Of a stretch of 64,000 nucleotides of DNA, positions 15,597 to 28,243 are shown one piece after another. The notes under the pieces are model-generated. The model saw only the letters and a program-made list of their open reading frames with translations, had not been told where the DNA came from and ran no database searches. The DNA comes from Paraspadella gotoi (taxonomy: Eukaryota > Animalia > Chaetognatha): NCBI GenBank assembly GCA_051294375.1, contig CM119264.1, positions 10,949,832 through 11,013,831 of the forward strand, in the 5' to 3' direction. The translations under genes and the position numbers were made by a program. Position 1 is the first letter of the stretch. Each line of letters starts with the position of its first letter.

Positions 15597-16345
15597 TCTC
15601 TCTCTTCTCTCTCTTCCTCTCTCAGTCTCCTCTCTCTCGTGCCTCTCTCTCTCTCCTCTCGTCTCTCTCCTCTCTCCCTGTCTTTCAATTTTTTTCGGAC
15701 GTAATTTCCTCGTGTTTTTCTTTCTACCCTTATTTTTTTTTATCTTTCTTTCGTTTTCCAAACAAGGAATGGCATCTCGCGAGGATATCGTGGGATCGTC
15801 CCCGACGGGATGGCATCGAGGAATGGCATCCAGAGATAGAATTGAGGTTCAGTCTCTCTGTTGCGCGGTCGCGCAAGACTGAAAGTGATTAGTCGAACCT
15901 CGTGATATTGAGAATAGAGTGAGATTGCCCAATTTAAAATGGCGATCTTCATAATCATTAAGACTGTCACGTATTAAGCATTTCCAGCTCAATAATTTCG
16001 GACGCGTTTACGACCTGAGGTTGTCCAGATTCGATTCGAAGATTCGAAAGGAGAGATGGAGTCGATACGAGATCGATCAGCGGCGCCGACATTCCCGAAT
16101 GGGTCGAGACGGAGACCGACGGTGACCGACCAAGACTGAGGGAGGCCGAGCGACCGGGCGAAAACTCGGTTGCCTGAACAGATGGCGAGAAGCTGTGTGA
16201 GTGAAGGTAAAGAGAGGGAGTGGGAGAAGAGGAGAGAGAGAGAGAGGGAGAGGAGGGAAAAAGAGAGAAGGAGAGGGAGAGGAGAAGTTAAAGAGGGAAA
16301 GAAAGAAAGAAAGAAAGAGAGAAAGAGAGAAAGAAAGACAGAAAC

Positions 16346-16377
<32 letters not shown>

Positions 16378-16621
16378 GAAGAAAGGGAAGAAGGAGCAGA
16401 AGAGAAAAGAAGAAGAAGAAGAAGAAGAAGAAGAAGAAAAGAAAAAAAAAGGGAAAATGGAGATATGAGAGGAGGTAAGATAAGTCAGCAAGAGAAAGAG
16501 GAGAGAGACAGAGGGAGAGAGAGACCCGGAGATCCCCGTGCGATAAATAAGAGAGCGATAAAGAGGGGGAAAGAATTAACGAGCACGAATGAAGATCGCC
16601 GAGGCTCGATGGAGGCGGTGG

Positions 16622-16652
<31 letters not shown>

Positions 16653-16767
16653 AGCAAACCTCTTCGGCCTGAAAAAGTTGCGCCAATCGAAAAACTGATC
16701 AAATATTCACGGGAATTCGACGCAAATACAGTAAATCCCCTCGTTTGTTCGTCGTCGTCTCTGGTGT

Positions 16768-16852
<85 letters not shown>
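16768..16852. repeat. (GGC)n trinucleotide repeat, ~28 units
   Basis: Perfect run; a shorter interrupted run lies at ~16612-16652. Confidence 0.95.
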
Positions 16853-16854
<2 letters not shown>

Positions 16855-17415
16855 CGTATGAAAGTGCAATCACTCGTGAAATTAAATATTCTACTTTGAA
16901 GTTATTCTCGTCCTTCGATTCCATCAGAGAGATTCATCTCGTTTCGACGCAGGGGTCAAAGGTGTCGTCGTCGTCGTCGTCGTCGTCGTCGCTCCCTCAG
17001 TTGAATCCGAACGTGATCGTCGTCATCGTCGTCGTCGTCACGTTCGTCACCATGCTCTCACAGGGAGAGGACAACGCGTCAACAGGTTTTTCTCCGATCC
17101 TTCACGCCGAGGGGCACTCGTGAGAACAAGAGCAACAGAATGAGGGAGAAAGAGAGAGAGAGAGATGAGAGAGAGAGAGGAGAGAGAGATAAGAGACGGG
17201 AAGAGAGAGAGATGAGATGAGAGAGAGAGAGAGAGAGCAGAGAGAGAGATAACTTGTATTAGAGCTTACTGGTTTATTGGCAGGGGAAAATTCGAGATAT
17301 GGAAACAGAGCAATGGTTTACTTCCCTTAATGATTTTAGAGAAAGAAGGAAATAAAAAAGAAAGAAGGAAAGGAAAGGAAGGAAGGAATAGAGAAAGAAA
17401 GAAGAAAGAAAGAAA

Positions 17416-17446
<31 letters not shown>

Positions 17447-17967
17447 AGAATGAAGAACGAAAGAAAGTAACAGAGAAGAAAGAAAGATGAAAGAAAGAAA
17501 AGAAAAAAATCAAGAAAGAAAAGAAAAGAAAAGAAAAGAAAAGAAGAAAAACTAGCAAACATTTAAGAATCGTCAATGTGCCATCGCAGAAGGAATCAGA
17601 ACCGAAAATGGAATTGGATCTTACTTACTACTTACTTAAATGGTGCATGCAATGAACTTAGGCAATTTATGACAGACATTGAGAAAGTCTTGGTTTTTTT
17701 TCCTAATATCTCTGACTCATTGCTTATATGATAAAATTATTAGAATAACGAGTTCTTCGAAAAAATTCTTAGAATAACTAGTTCTTTTTTCCTCATATTT
17801 CTGACTCATCAACAGGTCGCTTATCTGATAAAATTCTTAGAATAAACAGTTCTTCGATTTACCTTTGGCACAAGTCAACTCCTGGCTCCTATAATTATTT
17901 TTTCGGCTTATCCGATTTTAAAGGAAGTCAAACTCCAAATTGAAATCAAATTCAATCTGAATTCATC

Positions 17968-20900
17968 ATGGATTTTATTCATGGAACGTTAAAGGTAATC
18001 GTCTCTTTTATTAATTTTCAATATTAGGTATTTCGATCGTAAATTTGTTTATTTAAATCAGATAAAGTATTTAAAATACTAATTTAGCGCTTTCTTCAAG
18101 GTGATGGTTCACGAGGCGGAGAACTTAGGTGATTGTGATTCCACGTTCGGCGTGAGTCTCGTCCCTAAGAACACTTCCGATCCAGACGTTAAGATCACCA
18201 TTGATCAAGTTAACCTTGGTGAGTTTGTCAAATAAAATACTGGTTATACTAGTTATAAGCCTGTACCAATTTCACGCCGACTCGCAGAAAAATTTAAAGT
18301 TAACATTTATCGTATAGCCACATAGAATAAAAATTTGAAATTTTTGTATTCTTAGTAAGAATCTTACTTAAAAGTTTGTGCAACTTTGTATAAATAGTGG
18401 AATCAAAAACTGATTCCGCTACATCTACCAGCTCAACGATTCGTTTTAAGCAGCAATTTCCTCCCAAATCTTCACTGTTTATATCCGAATTCTTACTGAA
18501 TGACTTTTCGTGATCCCGAGGCAAAACGCGATGCATCACAAACAACCTCAATCCCGTTTGGGAGGAACAATTCGTCTTCTTCATGTGTCACTTTGGCGAC
18601 GAAATCATTTTCACCGTCAGAGACATCGATCACACAACAATATCGGAGAATCTTGGCGAGGTCAGGCTCCCGATTGAAAGGTAAGTCTAGGGTTCCTCAT
18701 CGATTCTTGAGCACGCGCGTACGAACAGTCGGAGGTTAAAATGACATTTTTTCCACCATTTTTACACTGACTGTAAAATCCTCAATTGAGCCCAACGTAT
18801 TGAGGTTGGTTGTGAATCAAGTCCTGACTAGGTTTTACCGAGTTGAGTCGTTTTGTGAGCATGAATAATTGTGTATATATGTTTTTATACTATTTTGGGG
18901 GGTATAATAAAGATCAATACCTGGCGATTGAATTGCTAAAATTTTAATAATCTGAAAACTTCTTTCACCGGTTAATTCTTTACGTCCAACGAAAATAAGA
19001 ACTTTTTGTGTGTCTTTAAATCGTTTAGGAATTTTTTTAAAAAATCAGATTGTCATTTTATTGCCGTTTTTATATAATCGAAGTAAACATTCGCACCCCT
19101 GAATTAGGCATTGTTGATGGATTCTCTTTTCTGTCAGAGTCAAGTCCTGCGAGGAATCGTCGATCGTTCACGAGTGGTTCGACTTGAGTCGACAGGGAAG
19201 AATAAAGTTGAGTCTGGAATTCGAATCCACTGAAGCCGCCGTCGGAATCATCAAGGCGAGTTGCCTTTTCTTAGAAATTCTGACTTTATTTGTCCTCCTA
19301 GCGGTTGTCATTGTCTCGAAACGTCATTTACACCCCCCCCTAGGATCGAAACGTCTTCGCTTACTTCGAAATGACTGAAGGAAACAAAGTGACGCTCTAT
19401 CAAGATGCGGACACGCCCCCTCTACCTGTCTTTGACGGTATCGTCGCGTCTGACGGGGAGCAGTACGTCCCGCCGCGCGCCTGGCGGGATCTTTACGCCG
19501 CGATCGTTGGAGCGCAAAAGTTTATTTATATCACAGGTGGCGATCTCTTAAAGCTTTTTTTTTACAATTTTGCTTAGTGCTTCCCATTCGCTCCCTGAGT
19601 CTCGACACCATAAAGCGCCTTCTGTCGTCGTCATGTTTTCTGAAATAATCAAAATATTAAAGGAAATGCCCCTGGAGGCAAAACATTCACTATGGCTGCC
19701 CGGACAAACAAAATTTTTTTTTTTCAAAAAGCGTTAGGACCGATTGCTTATCCCAGTATCCACTCCAACGACTTCCAGGCTGGAGCGTCTCGACCAACAT
19801 CAGCCTTGTTCGCGACGACGATGACGCCGTCGCGGAATCCAACGTCGGTCAACTCCTTCGTCGAAAGGCCGAGGAGGGTGTCAAGGTCGTCGTCGTCGTT
19901 TGGGACGAGAGGACGTCTAACGCCATCAACGAAGGTGGATGGAGCTTGAGGAGAGAATTGGTGGTTGATTGGACGAAAAAAAGACAAATGATTAAAGCTT
20001 GCAGGGCCTTTCTCGATTGATAACTTGTAAAATGGAGGCACTAACCACTGTCAATTAGATCCAATGTCAAAAGAGGCTAAAGAGCTCGCAGACGTCCGAT
20101 CATATTCATAATTAGTCGTTGAAATCTTCGGGTCGCATTATTTAATAATAATAAACAAGTAAATGGTAGAAAATAATCTCATGGACTCCATTCTTTCTTT
20201 TCTCCAGGCGGCCTCATGAACACCCACGACGAAGAGACCTTCGACTTTTTCCAAGATTCCGACGTCGAATGCTTCCGTCACCCTCGGTTACTGGGGACAG
20301 ACAACAAGGGCATCAAGAGTCTCCTGGCGAGGAACTTCACCCAAACCTGCTACTCGCATCATCAGAAGACGGTCATCCTCGACGCGCCGGGTGAGTCGAA
20401 GCAGAAATTCGTCGCCTTAACCCTCTGCTGGTTTGATTCCTAATTTTCTTACCTCTATCTAATTTCGAGGGGCGGACGAGCGTTTAAGGGTCGTGGCGTT
20501 CCTCGGAGGTCTCGATATCACGGACGGGCGTTACGATTCCGCGGAGTTCCCGCTCTTCTCCACGCTGGCGACGACGCATTCGGGCGACTTCTACAGCAAT
20601 TGCTGCCCCGGGGCGACGGCGACGACGGGTCCGCGTCAGCCTTGGCACGACGTCCACGCAAAGATCGAGGGCGTCGGGGCGATGCAGGTCTTGTCATGGC
20701 GAACCACGTTAATGTGCAACGAAGAATTTTACAAATGAAATAGTAATTTGTTATGAGTTATGTGTTAGTGACAGAACCGTTCAATATAAGCAGTCCCTGA
20801 GCTTCGAATCAGGCTGTAACACAATGTTACAGGCGGGTTAAGCGCCCCGCCCCTCTTAACTGCTAGGCGAGCACCGGGCTAGAACCCCGGACCTTTGGGT

Positions 20901-23315
20901 AGGGTTGCGAATGACTTGCCTCCCGCACCAATGGCCGCTGATGAACGGTTGGTGGATAAATTTTGTCTTAAAATGTAGTAGAGCCAAATTATTTGGTAGC
21001 TTTTGTTTTCGTTTTTTTCACGGGTTGCGATGGTGAAATTAGTTCTCGAGTCTCTGTTTCCTCAACGTTGACGTTGACGCTGTTGTTGGCGTTGGCGCCG
21101 ACGTTGACGCTGCCTCAACCGCCCACTCCAGGTCCTGCAGAATTTCAAGGAGCGCCTGACGCGGCAGAGCGAAGAAGCGGCGACGCGTCTCTACCCTTTG
21201 ACGGAAGAAGAGTTCGAACTCGATCCGCGACCCGAAGTCGAATCCGACGATGAACTCTGGAACTTTCAACTCTTTCGATCCATCACACTCGATTCCGCGT
21301 CATTCGATCTCGACAGAGCGAACAGGATGCACACCAGGTCGGTCGATGCATCAGCGATTCAATTACGATCGAGAAGAACTGTTATCGAAAGCGAACAGCA
21401 ATGAACGACGTCAAAAAAAGAACAGAATCCAATTTTTTTTCCATTTATTTTGAAGCAAAGGGAACCTGATCGAGCACAGCATCTTCCATGCCTACGTCCG
21501 CGCGATTCGTAACGCCGATGCCTTCATCTACATCGAGAATCAATACTTTCTTGGATCCGCCTTCGCTTGGCAGAACGACCAAGAGGCGCAGGTGCGGATC
21601 AGATGAAGGAAGAAAGAGAAAATGAACAAGACCGCATCAAGCGGAAAATCTGAACAAGTGAACATCAAACATTTAAAGATGTAGTGTGAACTTTGAAGTC
21701 TAATTTTCTCCCCCAAAAAAGGTAAAATAGCTTGTAAAAAAACTTATATTTAGATGTCGGGGAATGACAGGATAATATGTAAATTAAAAATGATAGAAAA
21801 TTTAACGGTTTAATAGCGATTTTAAAATAAAAAACTGTACTGTTAACCGAACGTATTTCGGTCAAGGCCAACCACACGATCCCCATGGAGATCGCCGAGA
21901 AGATTTCCACGAAAATCTTGGCCGGCGAAAGATTCGTCGCCTACGTCGTCATCCCGATGTTTCCCGAAGGAAATCCAAATGATGCCGCCATTCAGGAGAT
22001 TTTATGCTGGCAGAGATACACCATGGAAGCCATGTAAATACGAGGGGGACAGGGAATCCTTACCTACCATCATGATCAAATATCAAATGTTCATACTGTT
22101 AAAAAAATAAAAAAAACGAATTAGATGGCTATTTTTTGTAGCTAATAGCCTAATTTCAAATGAAAAATCGCAATTAAAAAACAAAAAAAACAACAAAAAA
22201 AACCCCAACATCCCAGGTACCGTAAGATCGCGTCGTCCATCGCCGAGTCCGGCGTCGACGCCTCGCCAACCGACTACCTGATGTTCTTTTGTCTGGCGAA
22301 ACGCGAGTCCGTCGACGAAGAAGCGGACGCTACGCTGGAGGACGCGGAGGGCGTGGCCGCCGTCGTCAGAGAAACACGACGTCACCCGATCTACGTTCAC
22401 TGCAAACTCGCCATCGTTGACGACGATTACGTCATCGTCGGGTCGGCGAACATCAATCAAAGGTAGGGTGGTATGAAGTAGGGGAGGATGGAAGAGTGGA
22501 AGTCTTGCAGTGTTGTGGAATTGAAATTATGTATACATCATTAATTGATTACATATTGTACATACATGAGAACAGAATTTAACAAATCAGATCAGAACAG
22601 AATTTAAGATGAGATAACTTATTTCCATTTATGCGAGTTTTAAGTTCGGATTATAAACGCGTGATTGGATGACGCGAGCGTCAAGGACGTTAAATGTGGG
22701 GGTGAATCTTATCGGTAAAGTCGAGTGATGATCGGATCTAAACCTCAACCAGATCTTTGGCGGGAAATCGCGACACAGAGATCGCGTTCGGCGCCTGGCA
22801 ATCCGCGCACACGCGCGAAGTTTGCGACGGCGCAGCGAGGGGCGACGTGCATCGATTCCGGTCGGCGTTGTGGGCGGCGCATCTGGGCGGGTGGGACGAG
22901 GAATACGCGGATCCCAGCAGCGAAGAATGCGTGAGAAAGGTTAGTCGTTGTTGTCGTTGTCGTTGTTGTCGTTGACTGATCGTAATCCTTGCGAAAAGAA
23001 GTCATGCCTCTCTGTGGGTTTTTTACTTTTGTTTTCGTATAAACCATTACTCAGTAAATGTTGAATTGCGTAAAATTTCATATGCCCGTATGCTAATCCA
23101 ACCTCCAGGTCAAAGAAGTGACCTCCTCCTACTGGAGCCGGTACTCCGACCCCGAGCCGCTTCACGACGACGTCCACCTGCTCCCCTACCCCGTTACGGT
23201 CACGGAGGATGGGTCATTGGAGCCGCTGGAGCCACCTTTCGATTGCTTCCCCGACACGGAGGCTCGTGTCCTGGGGGACAAGAGCGGGTTTCTGCCTTCG
23301 AAATTGACCACTTGA
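17968..23315 (+). CDS. PLD: Phospholipase D, C2-domain (plant PLD alpha/beta/gamma/delta-type), 14 exons, 773 aa
   Basis: Exons 17968-17994, 18101-18218, 18521-18680, 19138-19255, 19344-19536, 19779-19934, 20208-20390, 20470-20687, 21132-21337, 21456-21591, 21867-22033, 22217-22462, 22753-22939, 23109-23315 sum to 2322 nt with all phases compatible. Motifs: [18 protein letters not shown] and [17 protein letters not shown] (C2), [24 protein letters not shown] (HKD1), [56 protein letters not shown] (HKD2), C-terminal [24 protein letters not shown]. Confidence 0.95.
20743..20957 (-). mobile_element. tRNA-derived SINE-like repeat, copy B (in PLD intron 8)
   Basis: Reverse complement aligns end to end with 12049-12257. 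Confidence 0.8.
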
Positions 23316-23372
23316 GGGCGCACTGAGAAAACTTGTATAGGGAGACCTCTAAGTTAAACTCCCGCTCTTCTG

Positions 23373-23376
<4 letters not shown>

Positions 23377-23459
<83 letters not shown>

Positions 23460-23511
23460 CTCTCTCTCTCTCTCTTTATTCTTTCTCTATTTCTCTCTCT
23501 CCCTCTCTCTC

Positions 23512-23594
<83 letters not shown>

Positions 23595-23612
23595 CTCTCT
23601 CTCTCTCTCTCT
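23377..23612. repeat. Compound (CT)n/(TCTA)n microsatellite in the PLD 3' region
   Basis: Direct inspection. Confidence 0.9.
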
Positions 23613-26600
23613 CTTTATTCTTTCTCTATTTCTCTCTTTCTATTTCTCTCTGTCTCTCTATTACTTTTTTTTTTACTAGTCAGATTCGCTCTTTCTTTCT
23701 TCATTCATTGTATATAATTTAGCTATTTTAGATTGGTGATAAATGCTCATCACTCAATTGGATTATCTTCAACTTCATATATTTTATCATTATTAGAATT
23801 GAAATTTTTATGTGTTGTTATTTTATTAGTAAATTAAAAGATTTGACTACTCTCTTGATGTCGCTTATTACTCTGTTAAAACTCATAAATTAATTAAGTT
23901 AGATTCCTTTAAAATGAAAGATATTATAAGTGAATAATATTTTTGGAAAAAGGAACTATTGGTATAAATTTGGTTAATCCATGGATATCCGTTACAAAGC
24001 AGTGATTTTTTAAAAGTAATTACTAAGTTACAGCTGTAGCTCTGGAATGACATATGATTTCCGTTATTAAAAGTCTTTATTTTTTAAAATTTTTTTTAAT
24101 TGAAATCTAAAACACAACGAAAGAAAGTTTAATCACAATTTTTTTTAAAAACATAAATACAATGCCGATAAATTAAGGCCAAAAAGTATCTTCGGTTTTT
24201 GGCAGATCTTCAAAAATGGTTTTTTGAAGCGACTCAAATGACAAATTATTTTTGACCACTTGTCTTGCAGGAGCTATAGCTCTTGAATGCTTTGACCGAT
24301 TTTCTTTTCACTTACACATAGTACTTACACTTACACATTGTAACAATTTCATATGGATTTTCCATTTCAAAATCTACATTAATCATTCATAATTTTTTTA
24401 TGTGTGTAAAACGAGCGCTACTGAAGAGTGAAGAGTTTGAAGAGTGTCTTCTTTTTTTTGCACAGGACTGTAAATCACTTTCGGCTGTGCATTCCTGCTT
24501 TTATTATTGTCTATTACTATCGTACAAAGCGCCTAAAATGTGATCGTTTTTTATTCGAATTCCATTTGATCGTTTACCGTGCTTTCTTTTTCCAAACCCA
24601 AACTGTCATATTATTTTACGCTGAAAGCTCTAAGAAAAAAAACCAGCGGCAACGTTCAGACAAAAACTTCGCCAGGAATGAATGAATCCTTTCAATTACT
24701 TTGCGTTTTTCATTGTTTTCCCCGATTCTCTTGTATATTTAAGACCTTTTGATCATTCTTTCATCTTTTTTTAAACGATTCAAATTCTATATTGACCTTT
24801 GAATATTTCGGGGGTGCTTTGTTTAAACTTTTTTTTCTAAAAAAAATTTTTTTCATAACAAGAAAAAAATGTTCGCCCTCGAAGAAAAAAAAATTGAACC
24901 TGTATTTTGGTTTCAGCTATTTTTAAAAGAAAGCGGCAAAATACATGGAACCATAACAGTTTTACTTTTTGAGGCTAAATTCGTTGAGGAAAAAAAAAAA
25001 CATGGAAATGCCATTTGTGGTTGTTAGAGCCCAAGCTCCAATCGCTCCCGGTAAAGTCTGACACCAGACGTGAGTCGCTTTGGAAATCGATGAGAAATCT
25101 TCGTCAAACAACCAAGAAATATTTACATTGAAAACGTTTTGACCGAGGTGACCGATCGTCCGGGAGATTGGATGCAGAATTATTTATCCCCTTATTCGTT
25201 TTTGGCCAAATTCCAGTCAGATATATTTCTTGAATACAAAAACGACTTGAATTTTAAGTGGTTACTTATTCTTAAAGATTATATTTGTCGAACTGAATGA
25301 TTTCCTTGATTTGATTGATTTGCTTGATTTGATTTATTTGACTGATTTGCTTGACTAAATGACCTCAACTCTCTTTACCAAAAGCAAAGCATCCTTTGAT
25401 GTTCGTCTTAACCATTTAGCAAAGACGTTCCCGAAGTCATCGTCTTCTCCACCGCCGCATGACACCAAAACCGTAAATGAATGAGAGACATCGTGCTCTG
25501 GCCTCGGCATTCCAAGCATTGGAACCAAGATTTAATAAATGCATATTTATTAACGTCACTCAGTTTCTTCCTTCCGCAAGCAACCGCCACGCACGTAACC
25601 TTTCCAGCCACAACGAAAAAACTTTCAGGAATGAATAAAGAAGATACATATGTGCTTCTTTTTCGTAAATTCCTATTTATTTTTGGCGATTTCTGAATTT
25701 TTTTTTTCAAGTGGGGGAACGTAAAGACATTGCGACGACATCTTCAAAGATAAAAAGTAAACAGAGAACAAAAGGGAAACGTTCCTTTTTTTTTCTCTCC
25801 TCCGCCGACAGGACAGAATCGGATCGAAGACGTCTCTTCTTTCTCACAGGGTTCAAGGGGAGAAAATACGATTGTAATCTGAGTAAAAATTTACGAGGAC
25901 GATTTACAAAAGGCGAAGTTCGGTCTTTCGCCTCCTTTACCGCCATCTCGGGTCGCCACTCTCCTCTCACCTACCGAGTTCGCCCGCTCGGCCATCGACC
26001 CCGCAACCGAAAAATCTTCAAGATTCCATTTACAGATGTGATGACATTTGGCACCTCATAAGTATGTGGGTTGAATTGCGCCGCCGTTCTTGAGAGGGCT
26101 CGGGTACGAGGAGAGATGAAAAAACCGGAACTTCACTAAATCTTCTTTCGATTCTTTTTTGGCGAGAAAATCAATAGGTTGTCGGTTAGACAAAAGTTTA
26201 TAATAGTATTTTCGTTTTAAAAATATTAATTATAAAATGCAGTAACGGAAGTTACTTCCAAAAAATAAAATAAAATAAAATAGAATAAGAGACTCTTGAT
26301 TGAAAGCAGTGATCTGCTATCCAAGGTCAGGGGCAAGATAGCTTATCTATTAAATGTTTGGGTAATTTTTATTTTGGTTGTACCAATTTCATAAAATATA
26401 ATGGCAAAGTAATGTACTTTTAAGAAATTTTAGAAATATAACAAGAAATTTAAGAAATATAACAAGAATATTGACTGTAAAAGAGTCTTGAATAAAAGTT
26501 GGCAGTAGTAATGTTATTGTATTGCAAGAGGAATGGAGGCCTTTGTCGGCCAATTAGGCCATCGTCTGTAATAATAAGGACAACAATATTTCTTACCAAA

Positions 26601-27611
26601 TTATCCGGCGAAAGGTAAAATGGATCTCGGAGTCGGCAGTGAGAATCATCGCCTGTGAAACATTCGTGAAGAGATGTCACAACCGAGGCCCTGAAGAGGA
26701 TGTCACGGATTTATCTTTTCGGAAGCCGCGACTCGAGTCGAGATGAATGTTTCTTTGTTTTTTTTTGTTTTTTTATGAAAATTCATGAGGCAAATTTAGA
26801 ATATGATTTCCGGTCAATTTTTAAAAGCTAAAAAATTGTTAGAAGAGAAGTACGTTCTCATTTTTCGTACCTTTTTGTTAATTTTCGTTAATTTCCTATT
26901 GTTTTCATCTACCTTTTTTTCTACTACTCTTTTTTTCTCTTTCACTTCTTTTCTTCCTTTCTTCCTATATTTCTTTCGTTCTTTTTCTTTCTTCTATACT
27001 TACTCTATGACGAATCCTAAATTCGCCTCCCGTATAGCTTAGTGAAAGACAGCTCGTCCCATTGGCTCACCTACCGTGAGTTCCGGTTTCAATCCCTTCG
27101 TACTTCGTTCGTAGTCACGCTGGTTAAGTGTGTTGATGTTGACATAAACTCGACAGTGACATGAGGTGGTCTCTGCAGGTCCAAAGCACTGAGCGCCAGC
27201 TGTCGCGAGATGCCTCACACACTGGGCATCTCACATGTCTCAACGATACAATGCCTCCTTATTTTTTTACTAAGGGTCTTTTTCGCCGACTTTCTTTCTA
27301 CCTTTTTTATTTAATTTAAAATTGTGGTAGTAACGGTCCCCAAACTCAAGAATGAAAGCTTCCTCTAAAAAAACCATCACGATTCCGTCGAAATTCCCGC
27401 AGCTAAATCGCCCCAAGTTCATCCTTAGGCGTGGGGGGTTTCCCGGTCCTCACCTCATTCCCTCGAGATTTAGAAGCAAAACTTATTTATTTTCCGATTT
27501 TTTTCGGTTAAAACCTTACTTCGGCCTTGTCGTCGTCTTCTTCGTCGTCGTCGTCGTCGTCACGGACTTGTTTCTTTTCCTCCCCCTCTTCCTCTTTGAT
27601 CGGGGGTGAGG

Positions 27612-27649
27612 TATAAAACCGAATCCACGCCTCCCATTGTTTCTTAGTT
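27612..27649 (+). promoter_or_regulatory. TATA box plus Inr-like element of the chitin-binding gene
   Basis: TATAAAA at 27612-27618 and TTAGTT at 27644-27649, ~130 nt upstream of ATG 27775. Confidence 0.5.
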
Positions 27650-27774
27650 TCGATTTCCCTTTTTTTTTTTGAAATAACGAATTAAATTTTCGATCCTCGA
27701 TTAGTTCCTTCGTTTTTTCCTCTCAAATTTCAAGTCGTTCTTGTGGCCATAAAAATATAAATTAAAGTAGAAAA

Positions 27775-28208
27775 ATGTTTGCGACGAGTTTGTTTGTTTG
27801 CCATCTCGCGGGTGAGTGACTCCTTGAAGATCGTATAACTTTTTTAAAAATAATAACCATATATAATAACCATATAATAACCATATATAATAACCTTATA
27901 TACGTTTGGTGGTTACGCCCAACTTACAGCTATCATACATACATAAAATTATATGTACATAAAAAAGGAGATTAGTACATACATCTATTGAGAAATGTGT
28001 CCGAAAATATTAACTGATGATACTTAGCCATTTCTCAATTGTGGGAATAATATTTTTCGTCATATCTGTTTCCATTCTCCCTCTCTCATCTTTTACAATT
28101 CCATCTCTTTTTCTTTTTCGCCGTCTCTTTATTTTTCTTTCCATCCTGAAACCAATTCCTTAATTCTTCTGTTTTCTCTCTCTCTCTCTCTCTCTCGTCT
28201 CTCTCTCT

Positions 28209-28243
<35 letters not shown>

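Noticed and set aside
15989-17123. Poly-Ala/poly-Pro ORFs
   Set aside because: Produced by (GGC)n and neighbouring simple repeats.
24990-26100. Possible small gene between PLD and the chitin-binding gene
   Set aside because: GC-richer patches and splice-like motifs exist, but no consistent reading frame could be assembled.
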